The notes under the pieces were generated by a model that was not told the DNA's origin, ran no database searches, and saw nothing but the letters and a program-made list of their open reading frames with translations. Positions 7,997 to 18,776 of a stretch of 38,529 nt of DNA are shown piece by piece (the stretch's first letter is position 1; each line of letters starts with the position of its first letter). The stretch is from the NCBI GenBank assembly GCA_040755455.1, contig JBFMAY010000040.1:1-38529 (forward strand). Direction: 5' to 3'. The translations under genes and the position numbers were made by a program. The stretch comes from Thermodesulfobacteriota bacterium (GTDB taxonomy: Bacteria; Desulfobacterota; Desulfobulbia; Desulfobulbales; SURF-16).

Positions 7997-9162
7997 ATCT
8001 GAGAGAACGTTTCAACGGATTGAGTCCTTTCCAGAAAAAGATCTGCGTCTGGTCCCTGGTCGGGGCCGGGGTCCTGCTCGTCATCATCGTCGGTTATAAA
8101 ACAAGCCGCGCACCCCAATCGGGGCAATCGGGCCGTCATGAAAAGACACGGGAGATCACCCTGGAACCCGACCTGATTCAGAAAACCATGCTGCGCGAAC
8201 AGCGAAAAGAGATCGAGGCCATGCAGGCCCAGATAGCCAAACTTGCCAGGGAGAACGGGAACAGGCAGGTTGAACCGGCTCCGCCACCTCCGGCGGAACA
8301 AACTCTCCCGGATATTCCTTCCGCCGACCAGGTGGCGCAATCCACAGCGCCGCCCTTTATGGGAACCGCGATGGCGCCGAGATTTCCGGCACCGCCGGCT
8401 CCACAGGCTCCGCCGCCACCAATGGAAGATAAGATTATCGGCGGCATCGGCATCCTGTCCAATCAGGATAGCTCCCCGTCTGCTTCCAAGGCCCAGATGG
8501 ATAAAAAAAAAGAAAACCGGACGGTTTATCTGCCTCCATCTTTTATGGAGGCCATGTTGCTGACCGGTTTCGACGCTTCTACGTCGGGGGACGGTAAGAA
8601 CAATCCGGAGCCCCTTTTATTGCGCATTCAGGCTCCGGCAGTGCTGCCCAATGATGTCAAGGCCAACCTGCGCGGCTGTTTCATCATCGCCGAAGCCGTC
8701 GGGCGGCTCAACAAGGAAAGGGCCGATGTGCGGCTGGTGTCACTCTCATGCATCGGCCGCAAGGGACAGGCGGTCATCGATACAACGGTCAAAGGATTCG
8801 TGACGGACAGCGACAGCAAGGTGGGGCTCTCCGGTCGGGTGGTTTCCAAAATGGGAGCCGCTACCGCCCGGGCCGTGGTGGCCGGCATCTTCGGCGGCGC
8901 TGGCGATGCCCTGCAGGCCTCCTCGCTGACTCAATCCACCTCCGCCCTGGGCACCACAACCATTGTGGACAGTGATCAACTGGCAAAGTCGGCGGCCGGC
9001 GGCGGTCTTTCCGAGGGAGCAAAAACTCTGCATGAACTCTATCTGGATCTGGCCAAGCAGGCCACGCCGGTAATCGAGGTCGGGGCAGCCAAAAAGGTCA
9101 CCGTGGTCATCTCGGAAGGCAAGGAGCTGGAAATCAAAGAGATCGAGAGTGAAAAGTTGTAA
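7993..9162 (+). CDS. traB: F-type T4SS protein TraB (VirB10-like)
   Basis: TM, coiled coil, Pro-rich linker, YLPPSFMEAMLLTGFDA, LRGCFII, GFVTDSDSKVGLSGRVVSK. Confidence 0.9.
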   Translation: MNLRERFNGLSPFQKKICVWSLVGAGVLLVIIVGYKTSRAPQSGQSGRHEKTREITLEPDLIQKTMLREQRKEIEAMQAQIAKLARENGNRQVEPAPPPPAEQTLPDIPSADQVAQSTAPPFMGTAMAPRFPAPPAPQAPPPPMEDKIIGGIGILSNQDSSPSASKAQMDKKKENRTVYLPPSFMEAMLLTGFDASTSGDGKNNPEPLLLRIQAPAVLPNDVKANLRGCFIIAEAVGRLNKERADVRLVSLSCIGRKGQAVIDTTVKGFVTDSDSKVGLSGRVVSKMGAATARAVVAGIFGGAGDALQASSLTQSTSALGTTTIVDSDQLAKSAAGGGLSEGAKTLHELYLDLAKQATPVIEVGAAKKVTVVISEGKELEIKEIESEKL

Positions 9163-9535
9163 CAGAATTCATGAACGCACAAATTCAAGCAACGGGCCGT
9201 ATTCGTGCCGATCAGCAGTTTTAAGCGTTATTATGTATCGTTGCCGGCAGTCCCCGGCTTGAATCAGATTTTCGCTGGCCCATGTAAAACGTGGGCGACC
9301 GAGAACATGGACCAGGAGCAGCTCCGCAATGACCCTGGCATGCCGACCATTACCGTTTGCAAAGAGATGTATGGAGTCGAAACGATGGTGAAACCGGAAG
9401 GAACCCGAGATTAGGGATTTTTAAGGAGAACGGTTGGGAACTCCCCGTTTTTTCGTATCAAAAAGGAAATTTTAACTGGTCAAAGAAAGCCAACTCTGCA
9501 GCATTTTAAGCTCTGACTATCAGGTACGATGTCAT

Positions 9536-9691
9536 TTATTTTTCCCGTTCTGGGGGGATACTGGCGTTGCAAAATTTACAGTAGATGGTTTCATGTTTTT
9601 TGCTTGGCTTGACCACTTGATCTCGGCCGCATTTCGGGCAGGTTCTTTTAAGTTTGAAAATCGTTGCGACTGCTGCATAGAAAGGAATCAT
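9536..9691 (-). CDS. Small zinc-ribbon protein (51 aa, not in the ORF track)
   Basis: MIPFYAAVATIFKLKRTCPKCGRDQVVKPSKKHETIYCKFCNASIPPEREK*; CPKC and CKFC; GGAG RBS upstream. Confidence 0.65.
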   Translation of the reverse strand: MIPFYAAVATIFKLKRTCPKCGRDQVVKPSKKHETIYCKFCNASIPPEREK

Positions 9692-9840
9692 AGTCCATCT
9701 CCCAATCTGTGTTTTCGGTTCATCCTGCTTTGGATAATTTATAACACCAAAAGACCGTGCTTTTCTAAAGAACCGCTACGTACTTCCCCGCTACCCAAGA
9801 GGTGTGAAACCTAGAGAAAGCCTGGTGTAACCGCAAAAAG

Positions 9841-10359
9841 TCATTCTGTTTCAGTAATGACTTGCCCGCGAGAAGTGAAAGAAATTCCCTGATTAGACTC
9901 TGCGCCAATCATGATTGTCTCGACAATAGGAGAATTGACTAATTTGTCAGATTCCCAGGTAACAATAAAATTTGCGCCGGAACCTCCGGATTTGTCTTTT
10001 TGGGGAATAATGTAACGTGTTGATCCTAAAGGTTTTAAAATAGCAGCCGAGTCTATGAATTTTTTCAGGAGAGTGCCCTGCGTTTCGAAATAATCAACCG
10101 ACGTAACTTTTATTGAAGAGTTTCGGTCTATATTTCTAATGCTGAGCGTTACAGTCAACAATATGGGAATTTCTCGATTTCCAGCGTAAATATGGGAATA
10201 GGCCGGAACATAGATGGTTTGGCCTTTCGATAAAATTGCTGTTTCAGCAGCATATGACGTGGATGTAGATACATTCCCACTGAAAACCATGAACAGCAGC
10301 ATGAAAAAATAATATCCTTTCATATTGTTTCCTCTTTTCAGCGGAGATATTATTGTCAA
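9841..10359 (-). CDS. DUF3124-like exported protein
   Basis: Signal peptide; [38 protein letters not shown]. The true start may be a downstream Met. Confidence 0.75.
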   Translation of the reverse strand: MTIISPLKRGNNMKGYYFFMLLFMVFSGNVSTSTSYAAETAILSKGQTIYVPAYSHIYAGNREIPILLTVTLSIRNIDRNSSIKVTSVDYFETQGTLLKKFIDSAAILKPLGSTRYIIPQKDKSGGSGANFIVTWESDKLVNSPIVETIMIGAESNQGISFTSRGQVITETE

Positions 10360-12314
10360 CCTCCGGCCAATTTACTGAATTCATCTCGTTCAAGTCGATT
10401 GCCAACAACCGCCACCAAGTCACCGATGTAAAAAGTATAGTTCACTTGAGGGTTCGTGTGAAATGTTTTTCCGTGGATTATACCGACAACAGATGCTCCG
10501 GTTTTGGTGCGAATAGCAGCCTCCTTAATGCTTTTTCCTACAAGAGAGCTTCCAGATGTAATGGTCACCCATGAAATTTCTAACATATTTTTCAAATTAT
10601 CAAGCTTGGCCAAGATCTGAATGTCATTGCTTGATTGGAAGATCGGTGCATAAAGCTTTTGTCGAACGGCATCGGAATATTGCTGAATAACAGCTACAGG
10701 AATTTCCAAATGGAGAAGTGCCTGTCTTGCGATTTCCAGCCCAGCCTCCATCTCTGGCAGAATCGCCATATAAACCCCGCTTGTATATAATGACTGAGCT
10801 TGCTTAGCGCCATCGGCTCTTGCAATGATATGTAACTTTGGTTTTAAACGATGAGCCTGTTTTATGATGGACTGCGCAGTAATAACGGAAGGGGTCGTAA
10901 TCAGCAGAAGCCTAGCGGCATGAAGATGTGAGGCGTCAATCACTGTCGCTTGACTCATGTCGCCATAGATTACTGGAAATTTAGCGGTCTTGCATTCAAG
11001 CATTCGCTGATGATTCAGTTCAATAATGACAAATGGGAGATTGAGCTGGGTAAGGATCTGGGCTATGTGTTGCCCCACCCGCCCGCCTCCAGCGATGACG
11101 ACATGGCCATTAAGTCCATCTTGCGGAATGTTCTCTGTTTGCAGCGGCTCGTATTTGAACAACCTTTTTTTTAATTTATAGAGAGGGGAAGCCAATGCCG
11201 AGGCAAAGGGGGTGAACACCATACTCAGCACAGACAGTGAAAGAATGAGAGAATACATGTTCCGGTCGATGGCCTGTGTTTCAAGCCCAACTCTGGCAAG
11301 CACAAAAGCAAATTCACCAACTTGGAACAAACCGAGTCCGACTGCAATGGGAACAATATTGATATAGCCGAAGAGCATGGCGAGGCCTGAGAATACTGTA
11401 CCTTTGAAAAGTGCGACAACAAATACCAGGAAAAGAATTTCAGCCCAGTTTTCGAATAAAAAAACGGGGTCGAGAAGCATGCCGACCGAGGTGAAAAACA
11501 AAAGACCAAAGATGTCCCTTAGGGGAACAATGTCGCTTAATGCTTGGTGGCCATAATCCGATTCGCTGAGTACCATCCCGGCAACAAAAGCACCAAAAGC
11601 AAAAGAAAGACCAAAGAGGTATGTGGCATAACCTACCCCGAGACCTATGGCAGTAATGGATAAAATGAACAGCTCCCTGGAGTTCCACTGGGCTACATGG
11701 GCCAGCAACCACGGGAGTAACTTTCTGCCCAAATAATGCATCGACACCAAGAAGGCTACAGATTTGAATACGGCAATACCTAAAAGAGGCAACCCTGCTT
11801 CTGGGTTGCTAATTTGCGGGAGAATGATCATCATTGGGATGACTGCCAGATCCTGAACAATAAGCATCCCAATCATTACTCGACTGGAAAGTGTCCCCAC
11901 AAGCCCCCTACTCATAAGGGTCTTCATCGTCACCATTGTACTGGAAAGTGATATTAAAGCACCTAACCACAATGAGCTCGCCGAGGACCATCCTAAATAC
12001 TTGCCAAGAAAAAAGCCGAGACTGATCGTGAGTAAAATTTGAACAGGGGTACCAATCAAGGCGATATTCCGCACCGGTTTTAATTCGTTGACGGAAAATT
12101 CCAATCCCAGCGCAAAAAGAAGAAGGGCCACGCCGATTTCAGCCAACAATTCGATTTCATGGGTGTCGCCAACCGTTATCCCGCCAGTATGTGGACCGAC
12201 AAGAATTCCGGCAAATATGTATCCCAAAATCAATGGTTGCTTCATTTTTTGGGCAATAAGAGCGCCAACCAAGGCGGCTAGGACGATAATGATGATATCT
12301 GCGGCCACTCCCAT
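10356..12314 (-). CDS. CPA2 cation:proton antiporter (Kef-like) with RCK_N and RCK_C domains
   Basis: Many TM helices, [30 protein letters not shown] Rossmann motif; C-terminal TrkA-C ([24 protein letters not shown]). Confidence 0.9.
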   Translation of the reverse strand: MGVAADIIIIVLAALVGALIAQKMKQPLILGYIFAGILVGPHTGGITVGDTHEIELLAEIGVALLLFALGLEFSVNELKPVRNIALIGTPVQILLTISLGFFLGKYLGWSSASSLWLGALISLSSTMVTMKTLMSRGLVGTLSSRVMIGMLIVQDLAVIPMMIILPQISNPEAGLPLLGIAVFKSVAFLVSMHYLGRKLLPWLLAHVAQWNSRELFILSITAIGLGVGYATYLFGLSFAFGAFVAGMVLSESDYGHQALSDIVPLRDIFGLLFFTSVGMLLDPVFLFENWAEILFLVFVVALFKGTVFSGLAMLFGYINIVPIAVGLGLFQVGEFAFVLARVGLETQAIDRNMYSLILSLSVLSMVFTPFASALASPLYKLKKRLFKYEPLQTENIPQDGLNGHVVIAGGGRVGQHIAQILTQLNLPFVIIELNHQRMLECKTAKFPVIYGDMSQATVIDASHLHAARLLLITTPSVITAQSIIKQAHRLKPKLHIIARADGAKQAQSLYTSGVYMAILPEMEAGLEIARQALLHLEIPVAVIQQYSDAVRQKLYAPIFQSSNDIQILAKLDNLKNMLEISWVTITSGSSLVGKSIKEAAIRTKTGASVVGIIHGKTFHTNPQVNYTFYIGDLVAVVGNRLERDEFSKLAGG

Positions 12315-12511
12315 CCTGAAAACCTCATTTCAGAAAATTACATTCTGTTGTCGATCAATGATCCATACTCACACGGTAAAACTATTTAATATAATGAAAT
12401 TTTTAACAATTATACGCAAGATTAAAGTTTTTTGGGTCCTTGAAGAACGTAGTCTAGAAGAATTAAGCGAGTAAGTAACACCTATTATCATATTTTTTTC
12501 CTACCATTCAG

Positions 12512-12535
12512 GTCACTCCCCCCGAAAATAGATAT
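12512..12535 (+). promoter_or_regulatory. Conserved tra-block motif, copy 2 (GTCAC-N13-AGATA)
   Basis: GTCACTCCCCCCGAAAATAGATAT upstream of traV. Confidence 0.55.
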
Positions 12536-12577
12536 TGAGACAAAATTGTCAAAAGCACCTTTTGGGGGAGATCTTCT

Positions 12578-12985
12578 GTGCGACTACTTCGTAAAATTAC
12601 CTGGCTTTGCTGTGGATTGCTGCTCACCGGCTGCGGGGCGGTATTGAACCCTTACCACGAAAACTTCAACTGTCAGGCTCCGGAAGATGCCGGCCATTGC
12701 GTGGACACGCCGTCCGCCTATGACGAGGCCGTCGGTACCAAGCAACCGCTTAAAGGGGAAGAGGCTGATCCCGAAAAACAGGTCGAATCGGCCCGACTTG
12801 ATCGGTTGGCGCAGTTGCTGAAGGAGCCGAAAACACCGATGATTGTTCCGCCGCGGATATTACGGGTGTTGATCCTACCATACAAAGGGGGAGAGGACCT
12901 GTTCATGGCCCGCTACGCTTATCTCCAAGTGGAATCGGCCAGGTGGGTGCTCACCGGCATTGAGGAGGATGCCGAACAGCCATGA
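12578..12985 (+). CDS. traV: F-type T4SS lipoprotein TraV
   Basis: Lipobox LTGC, two conserved Cys, PPRILRVLILPY. Confidence 0.85.
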   Translation: MRLLRKITWLCCGLLLTGCGAVLNPYHENFNCQAPEDAGHCVDTPSAYDEAVGTKQPLKGEEADPEKQVESARLDRLAQLLKEPKTPMIVPPRILRVLILPYKGGEDLFMARYAYLQVESARWVLTGIEEDAEQP

Positions 12986-15480
12986 TCTCCTTTCTTGAAC
13001 GTCTCGTCTATGGTTCCGAGGGTGGTATGAAGTTCGCCGACCTCAAGAAAATGGTCCGGCGGGACTCCTTTTCCCACTACCTCAACTATGTGGCCTATGA
13101 TCCGGAAACCGAGACCTATCTGAACCAGGACAACACCATCGGCATTCTCTGGGAGTGTACCCCGCTTTCCTTTGCCGGCCTCAAGACCCTGAAGACCCTT
13201 GAAGGCCTGTTCAGGGCCGGTCTGCCGATGGAGTCGGTGCTGCAGTTCGTCTTTCACGCCGATCCTCATGTGGAGCCGATCCTCGATCTTTTCCGCGAGT
13301 CGAGAAAGAGAGCGCATCCCCTGGTTCAGGCCAATATGGCGGCGGTCAGCTCCTTTGTCCGCCAGGGCGTGCATGGCGTTCAGGAAAGCGCCGGTATTCC
13401 GGTCCGTAACTTCCGGCTGTTCGTGGCGGTGAAGCTGCCCAGAAAATGCCGGGAGGCCAGAGGCAACCCCCTGAAGGAAATCAAGCGGCAGATTGACGAG
13501 ACCCTGGCCGCCGCCCAGCTCCATCCGCGCAACATGGGTCCGGAGCAACTCCTGGAATGGTGCCGCCGTTTCCTGAACCGTTACCCGGAGGAATATCCGG
13601 ACCGAAATTTCGGCCAGTATGACCGGTATGTCCCCATCCGTAAGCAGATTATCAACAGCGACACGGTGATACGGGACGAAGGCGACTGCCTCAAGGTGGG
13701 CGACAAGTATTTCTGCTGCACCACGCCCAAGATGTTTCCCAAGGAGGTCGATCCCCTGCAGACCAATTCCCTGTTCGGCGGCATCTGGGGATTGATTTCG
13801 GACGCCGATCAAATCAAGACAGGTTTTCTTTATGCAGTAAATGTCATCTTCGAATCGCTTTCCGGCACCCTGCACACCAAATGCAACCTGGTGCTGCAGC
13901 AGGAGGCGGTGGGCTCCTTTTCTCCCTCGCTCAGGCGCAAGCAGGATGAATACCTCAACGCCGCAGACGAGCTGGACAAGGGCACCCAGTTTGTGAAGGT
14001 GATGCCCATTCTCTGGACCTGGAGCGTTGACAAGAACAAGGCCTTCGATTCCATGGTCCGGGCCCGGCGCATGTGGGAGAGCAGCGGCTACACCATGCAG
14101 CAGGACTGGGCGATTCTGAAGATTCTGTTCCTGGCCGCACTTCCCCTTGGCCTCTATACGGAAGGCAAGACCCTGCAGAACATCAATCGTGACTTCATTG
14201 CCCCGGTACCTACGGTTACCGCCATTCTGCCGGTCCAGGCCGATTTCGCTGGGGCCGGCATACCGAAACTCATCTTTCTGGGACGCAAGGGGCAGCTGGC
14301 CGGACTCGATTTTTTCGATTCGGGGGCCATCAATCAAAATGTTTTCTGCTGCGCCAGTTCCGGCAGCGGCAAGAGCTTTCTGGTCAACTCCATCTCGTTC
14401 AACTATTACGCCACCGGAGCTCTGGTGCGCATCGTGGACATCGGCGGCAGCTATAAAAAGATGACTACGATGCTGGGGGCGAGATACCTGGATTTTCAGC
14501 CCGGCACCAAGGTATGTCTGAATCCCTTCACCCATATCGAAGATCCGGATGAAGAACTGAAAAGCGTCACCGCGGTCTTTGCCCAGATGGCCTACTCGAA
14601 CTCGGCGGAAAGCAGTCCGGACGACACGGAAATGAACCTGATCAGGAACGCGGTCCGTTGGGCCTGGCAACAGAAGGGAAACGAGGCGGATGCCGACACG
14701 GTGTACGAATTCCTGTCACGCTTTCCAGAGGTGCCCGATTCCGGATTGTCTGAGATGGCGGACAACGCCAAACTCTCAGAATCCGCCGGCAAGCTGGCCT
14801 TCAATATCAGGGAATTCACCAGTCGGGGAGCGCATGCCAGGTTTTTTACCGGCCCCTCCACCTTCGACATCCGCCAAGACGAATTCGTGGTCCTGGAGCT
14901 GGAGCATCTCAAGGTGCAGCCGGAACTCTACCGGGTGGTGACACTGCTGGTGATCAACGCCGTGACTCAGGATCTCTACCTCTCGGATCGTTCCCGACCA
15001 CGCCTGATCATCTTCGACGAGGCCTGGCAGTTCATGGGCGAGGCCGCCATGCTGGCCCCGGTTATCAGCGAGGGTTATCGCCGGGCCCGGAAATACCAGG
15101 GCTCGTTCATGGTCATCACCCAGTCGCTTTTCGATCTGAAAAGCTTCGGCGCGGTGGGCGAGGTGATCAAATCGAACTCGGCCTTCAAGATTCTGTTGGA
15201 ATCCCAGGACTTCAGCGCTGCCAAGCAGGAAGGCCTCATCGATTACGACAACTTCACCACTGAACTGCTCAAGAGCGTCAAATCAAAGCCACCTAAATAT
15301 TCGGAACTCTTCTTCGACACCCCCTTCGGCAACGGGGTATTGCGCCTGGTGGTCGATCCCTACACCTACTACATCTACACCTCGAATCCGCGTGAGATTG
15401 CCGCCATAGAGAAACTGGTCAGAGAGGGCAAGGACTATGATCAAGCCATCCGCGAGATGGTGCGCCTGCATCGCGCTTAG
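12982..15480 (+). CDS. traC: F-type T4SS ATPase TraC (VirB4 family)
   Basis: Walker A ASSGSGKS, VDIGGSY, Walker B IFDEAW, RRARKY, ITQS. Confidence 0.95.
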   Translation: MISFLERLVYGSEGGMKFADLKKMVRRDSFSHYLNYVAYDPETETYLNQDNTIGILWECTPLSFAGLKTLKTLEGLFRAGLPMESVLQFVFHADPHVEPILDLFRESRKRAHPLVQANMAAVSSFVRQGVHGVQESAGIPVRNFRLFVAVKLPRKCREARGNPLKEIKRQIDETLAAAQLHPRNMGPEQLLEWCRRFLNRYPEEYPDRNFGQYDRYVPIRKQIINSDTVIRDEGDCLKVGDKYFCCTTPKMFPKEVDPLQTNSLFGGIWGLISDADQIKTGFLYAVNVIFESLSGTLHTKCNLVLQQEAVGSFSPSLRRKQDEYLNAADELDKGTQFVKVMPILWTWSVDKNKAFDSMVRARRMWESSGYTMQQDWAILKILFLAALPLGLYTEGKTLQNINRDFIAPVPTVTAILPVQADFAGAGIPKLIFLGRKGQLAGLDFFDSGAINQNVFCCASSGSGKSFLVNSISFNYYATGALVRIVDIGGSYKKMTTMLGARYLDFQPGTKVCLNPFTHIEDPDEELKSVTAVFAQMAYSNSAESSPDDTEMNLIRNAVRWAWQQKGNEADADTVYEFLSRFPEVPDSGLSEMADNAKLSESAGKLAFNIREFTSRGAHARFFTGPSTFDIRQDEFVVLELEHLKVQPELYRVVTLLVINAVTQDLYLSDRSRPRLIIFDEAWQFMGEAAMLAPVISEGYRRARKYQGSFMVITQSLFDLKSFGAVGEVIKSNSAFKILLESQDFSAAKQEGLIDYDNFTTELLKSVKSKPPKYSELFFDTPFGNGVLRLVVDPYTYYIYTSNPREIAAIEKLVREGKDYDQAIREMVRLHRA

Positions 15481-17923
15481 TCTTCTGCCGGGGCATGCTC
15501 TGGCCGCCGATCCGACCTCCGCCGCCCAGGATGCGGCCGGGGCCGTTCTGCACCAATTCGGTTCCGCCGACGGAATCAGAGAGAACGCCTCCTTGCCGCT
15601 TACCTCCGATAGCACCCAGCTTTCGACCATTAACGGTTCGGACTCGGCTGCCGTGCAGATCAGCAACCCCTCCTCCAACGCCTTTCTCTCCGTCTCGATC
15701 CAGAAGGCCGCAACCGGCGATCTCTTACCGGTGCGAGTCTCCCAAGACCTCGATTTCGATGGCGTATTCGATTACGCCTACCAGGCATCATTTCCAGCTT
15801 CGGGAATCTGTGCCAACGGTATTATTTCCTGTGATGCCGGGACATGGGACAATTGCCGAGGCTACACCTGGTCTGCCGACGCCACGGCAAGGGCGAGCCT
15901 GCAGAGTGTGCCCATAAACCAAATGGCCGGCTGTTATTGCGTCAATCAGAGCTGCGGCGGCAATAACAATTCCGACGCCATGCTCAAGGACCTGGGCGGG
16001 GCGGTTGCCGGGGTGGTCCAGCAGCAGAAAGGCGGTTATGCCATTTCCAGGGTGGAACTGAATGCATCGACCATCAGCTATTACGGCCAGGACAGCAGCG
16101 GTTCGCCGACCGGCACCGTGCCCCAGACCGCCTATTTCTCCGATCCCGGTTCAATATCCGGGGATGCATACGCCGAAGTTGCCAACCAGACCGGCGATCC
16201 GGACAGCTATTACTCCATGATGACCACGAGTTTTTCCGGCAAGGGCTCGAATACCGGGGTGCAGAGTTGCACCGTATCCAGAGAGGTCTCACTTCAGGAA
16301 GTGAGTTTGTCCGACATCATCACTCCGGCGGGCGGCACCGGTGCGGTGCAGATCTGCGGCACCGACTGCATCAGGCTCATCCTTGGCAGGCAGGGAGACA
16401 ACTACTGGTCCGGCTATTGCTCCATCTATGAAGAAAACTACAAGGTCTATGTCAACAAGCCGGACCTGATCCGAAGCGCCACCCTGATGCGGGCCATCTG
16501 GGACGATTACATCCAGGTCTGGATCGGCGGCACCAAGGTCTATAACGGGCCGAATGCAAATTTCCCTCCCGAGACCGGCGGGGCCTGCGAGCTTTCCACT
16601 TCATGGAACGTCAATCCGAACAAGGATGTGACCCAGTATTTTCAGCAGGCCGGGCTTGTCGATACCAAGATCAGGGTGTCGGTCGCCGGAGGCGGCGAAG
16701 GGTACGCCTTTGTCGAGGTACGGGTGAACAATCTATGCCAGACCCTCGATGATGTCATAACCGACAATTGTTCTGCTCTGGAGGCGGACAGCAACTGTGA
16801 CCTCCAGGAGGAATTCGTGGACGGGGTGCAGACCTACCGGAATTTCAATCCCACCAGCAACGATCCGCTGCCAAGCACCAGAACGATTACGGCAAGCGCC
16901 GGTTGCAGCAAGAATATCACCCGCGACTGGTGGGAGAAGGAACGGACATACCGCTGCACCAGCAATAACACCTTCGACTTCAGCGACGCCGCCCGCCGGG
17001 TGGACACAATCACCGGTTCGCTGGACGGAAACAATCTTGGCCAATCGACCTTTGATTTCACCGATGCCCGTCAGGATACCGATACAGGGATATGGACGAC
17101 GGATGATCAGACCGTTGAGATAAACCCGATCGATCCCCCGCCGGACTGCGAATTTGTCTGCAAAACCAGAAAACTGGTGCAGGACACCCAGGCCGCCGTC
17201 ACCGGGGTATCCACCGATTATCAGAATACTCCGGCACGGTACGACACCTTTTACCATGTCTGCGGACCAGACAACTCTTGCCCGGCAGGCCCGGGAGAAG
17301 AGATTGTCGAAGACTGCCAGTGCCTGGATGAATTCGCCGAGGCCGCTTCGGTCATGATGGTGCTGGATGAAGCTGGCAGGGACATGATGTGTTCGGACGG
17401 CGGTACCACCGCCACCGGCGATTGCGTGGGGGAAATCAAAATCTTTAACGGCAAGGGCAGTGAATGTCTGCAGAACGGCTGGGACACTACCTTCTTCAAT
17501 TGCTGTAACGACTCGGTCGACAGTTGGCTGTTTTTCAGGGAGCATTGTCCGGACGCCAGCCTGGAAACCGTCCAGGCCAAGCAGGCGGGCAGTGCCCACT
17601 ATATCGGTACCTACTGCAAGAGAGACATCCCAATCATCGGCTGCATCCAGGAAGCCGAAGTCTATTGCCTCTTCAACTCGAAAATGGGTCGGATTATCCA
17701 TGAACAGGGCCGCGTGCAGCTCCAGCAATTCAACCCCAACGGCAATTGGGGATCGGCAGGAGCGCCGAATTGCGAAGGACTGACGCCTGAAGAATTTCAG
17801 ATGCTCGATTTCTCGGAAATAGACCTTTCCGAGATGTTCGGAGACATTGCTCCGTTACCAGAAGCCCAGATGCGGAACGATGTCCAGGGCGCGATCAACG
17901 ATTTTCAGAATAAGGTGCAGTAG
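15437..17923 (+). CDS. traN: Mating-pair stabilisation protein TraN
   Basis: Signal peptide, Cys-rich, NCC, HYIGTYC, YCLFNSKMGRIIHEQGR, CEGLTPEEFQMLDFSEIDLSE. Confidence 0.9.
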   Translation: MIKPSARWCACIALSLLPGHALAADPTSAAQDAAGAVLHQFGSADGIRENASLPLTSDSTQLSTINGSDSAAVQISNPSSNAFLSVSIQKAATGDLLPVRVSQDLDFDGVFDYAYQASFPASGICANGIISCDAGTWDNCRGYTWSADATARASLQSVPINQMAGCYCVNQSCGGNNNSDAMLKDLGGAVAGVVQQQKGGYAISRVELNASTISYYGQDSSGSPTGTVPQTAYFSDPGSISGDAYAEVANQTGDPDSYYSMMTTSFSGKGSNTGVQSCTVSREVSLQEVSLSDIITPAGGTGAVQICGTDCIRLILGRQGDNYWSGYCSIYEENYKVYVNKPDLIRSATLMRAIWDDYIQVWIGGTKVYNGPNANFPPETGGACELSTSWNVNPNKDVTQYFQQAGLVDTKIRVSVAGGGEGYAFVEVRVNNLCQTLDDVITDNCSALEADSNCDLQEEFVDGVQTYRNFNPTSNDPLPSTRTITASAGCSKNITRDWWEKERTYRCTSNNTFDFSDAARRVDTITGSLDGNNLGQSTFDFTDARQDTDTGIWTTDDQTVEINPIDPPPDCEFVCKTRKLVQDTQAAVTGVSTDYQNTPARYDTFYHVCGPDNSCPAGPGEEIVEDCQCLDEFAEAASVMMVLDEAGRDMMCSDGGTTATGDCVGEIKIFNGKGSECLQNGWDTTFFNCCNDSVDSWLFFREHCPDASLETVQAKQAGSAHYIGTYCKRDIPIIGCIQEAEVYCLFNSKMGRIIHEQGRVQLQQFNPNGNWGSAGAPNCEGLTPEEFQMLDFSEIDLSEMFGDIAPLPEAQMRNDVQGAINDFQNKVQ

Positions 17924-17930
17924 CTAAAAA

Positions 17931-18773
17931 TTATGCCCCCGTCAAGCCCGCACCTCGAAAGGTACGCTGCACGGCACGAAAAACTTCTTCGAAGTGAGGT
18001 AACTCGGCCATCTGATTTGCCAGTCGCATCTGCCACAACTTTTTAAAACGCGCTTCTTTCTTACCGAATTCCTCGCCCATACCATCCAGCCCTCTTCCCC
18101 GGTATTCGAGCTTTGCTGTTATTTCCGGGATAAGGGCTGACAGGTCCATGTTCTCCAGTTCCGTAAGATACCAGACATCATAGAGATCGCGTGGTTCGTT
18201 TCGGGCCCGGTCAGCCAGGGCGACCACTTTCTCCGTTAGAATTTCTTCCAAGGAATAAACCAGAATAGTTGCGTCATCCGGGAGGTCTTCATACTCCTCG
18301 TAGCCTTTCAAGACCGGCCTTTCCTTTAAGGGCAGCACAAGTCGTTCCTCAATGGTGATATCCACCTTCACTTCCTTGACCGTCATACCAGGTAATGGTC
18401 CCTCATAGGCGAGATAAAAAGTATGGCTGTTCTGATGTGATTTCCGATCCTCCCGGGAATAACGAATAATGATGCCAGAAATCTTGTAAACCTCTGCGAA
18501 AATCATCTCCAGTTCGGCAAGAATCGTTTCCAGGGATGTTGCCTTGACTAAAGTAAAATCGAGGTCCTCGGAGAAACGATAATCTCCCATATAGCAACGT
18601 TTCAACGCGGTGCCGCCCTTGAAGGCAAGAGCCTCTCGAAGTGGTGATCGGGCGAGTCCGACCAGGAACCAGGCCAGGCAATAGTCCCGCTCAAGCACGC
18701 CTTCCGGTATACGACGACCGCCAGCCTTGGCGAGACGGTTTGACAGTAATGAAATATTTCTTTGGGGAATCAT
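17931..18773 (-). CDS. abiEii: AbiEii-family nucleotidyltransferase toxin (type IV TA / abortive infection)
   Basis: FKGGTAL, RFSEDLDF, EKVVAL, RDLYD motifs. Confidence 0.9.
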   Translation of the reverse strand: MIPQRNISLLSNRLAKAGGRRIPEGVLERDYCLAWFLVGLARSPLREALAFKGGTALKRCYMGDYRFSEDLDFTLVKATSLETILAELEMIFAEVYKISGIIIRYSREDRKSHQNSHTFYLAYEGPLPGMTVKEVKVDITIEERLVLPLKERPVLKGYEEYEDLPDDATILVYSLEEILTEKVVALADRARNEPRDLYDVWYLTELENMDLSALIPEITAKLEYRGRGLDGMGEEFGKKEARFKKLWQMRLANQMAELPHFEEVFRAVQRTFRGAGLTGA

Positions 18774-18776
18774 TAA

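Noticed and set aside
9171..9414. Small ORF 9205..9414 after traB, with faint HicB-like wording (YYVSLPAVPGL)
   Set aside because: No clear RBS, similarity too short, no partner gene; possibly a decayed remnant but not supportable.
12919..14670. Long antisense ORFs (also 16733..17728, 28694..30133, 30208..31041)
   Set aside because: They shadow well-supported GC-rich tra genes on the opposite strand and show no recognisable motifs.
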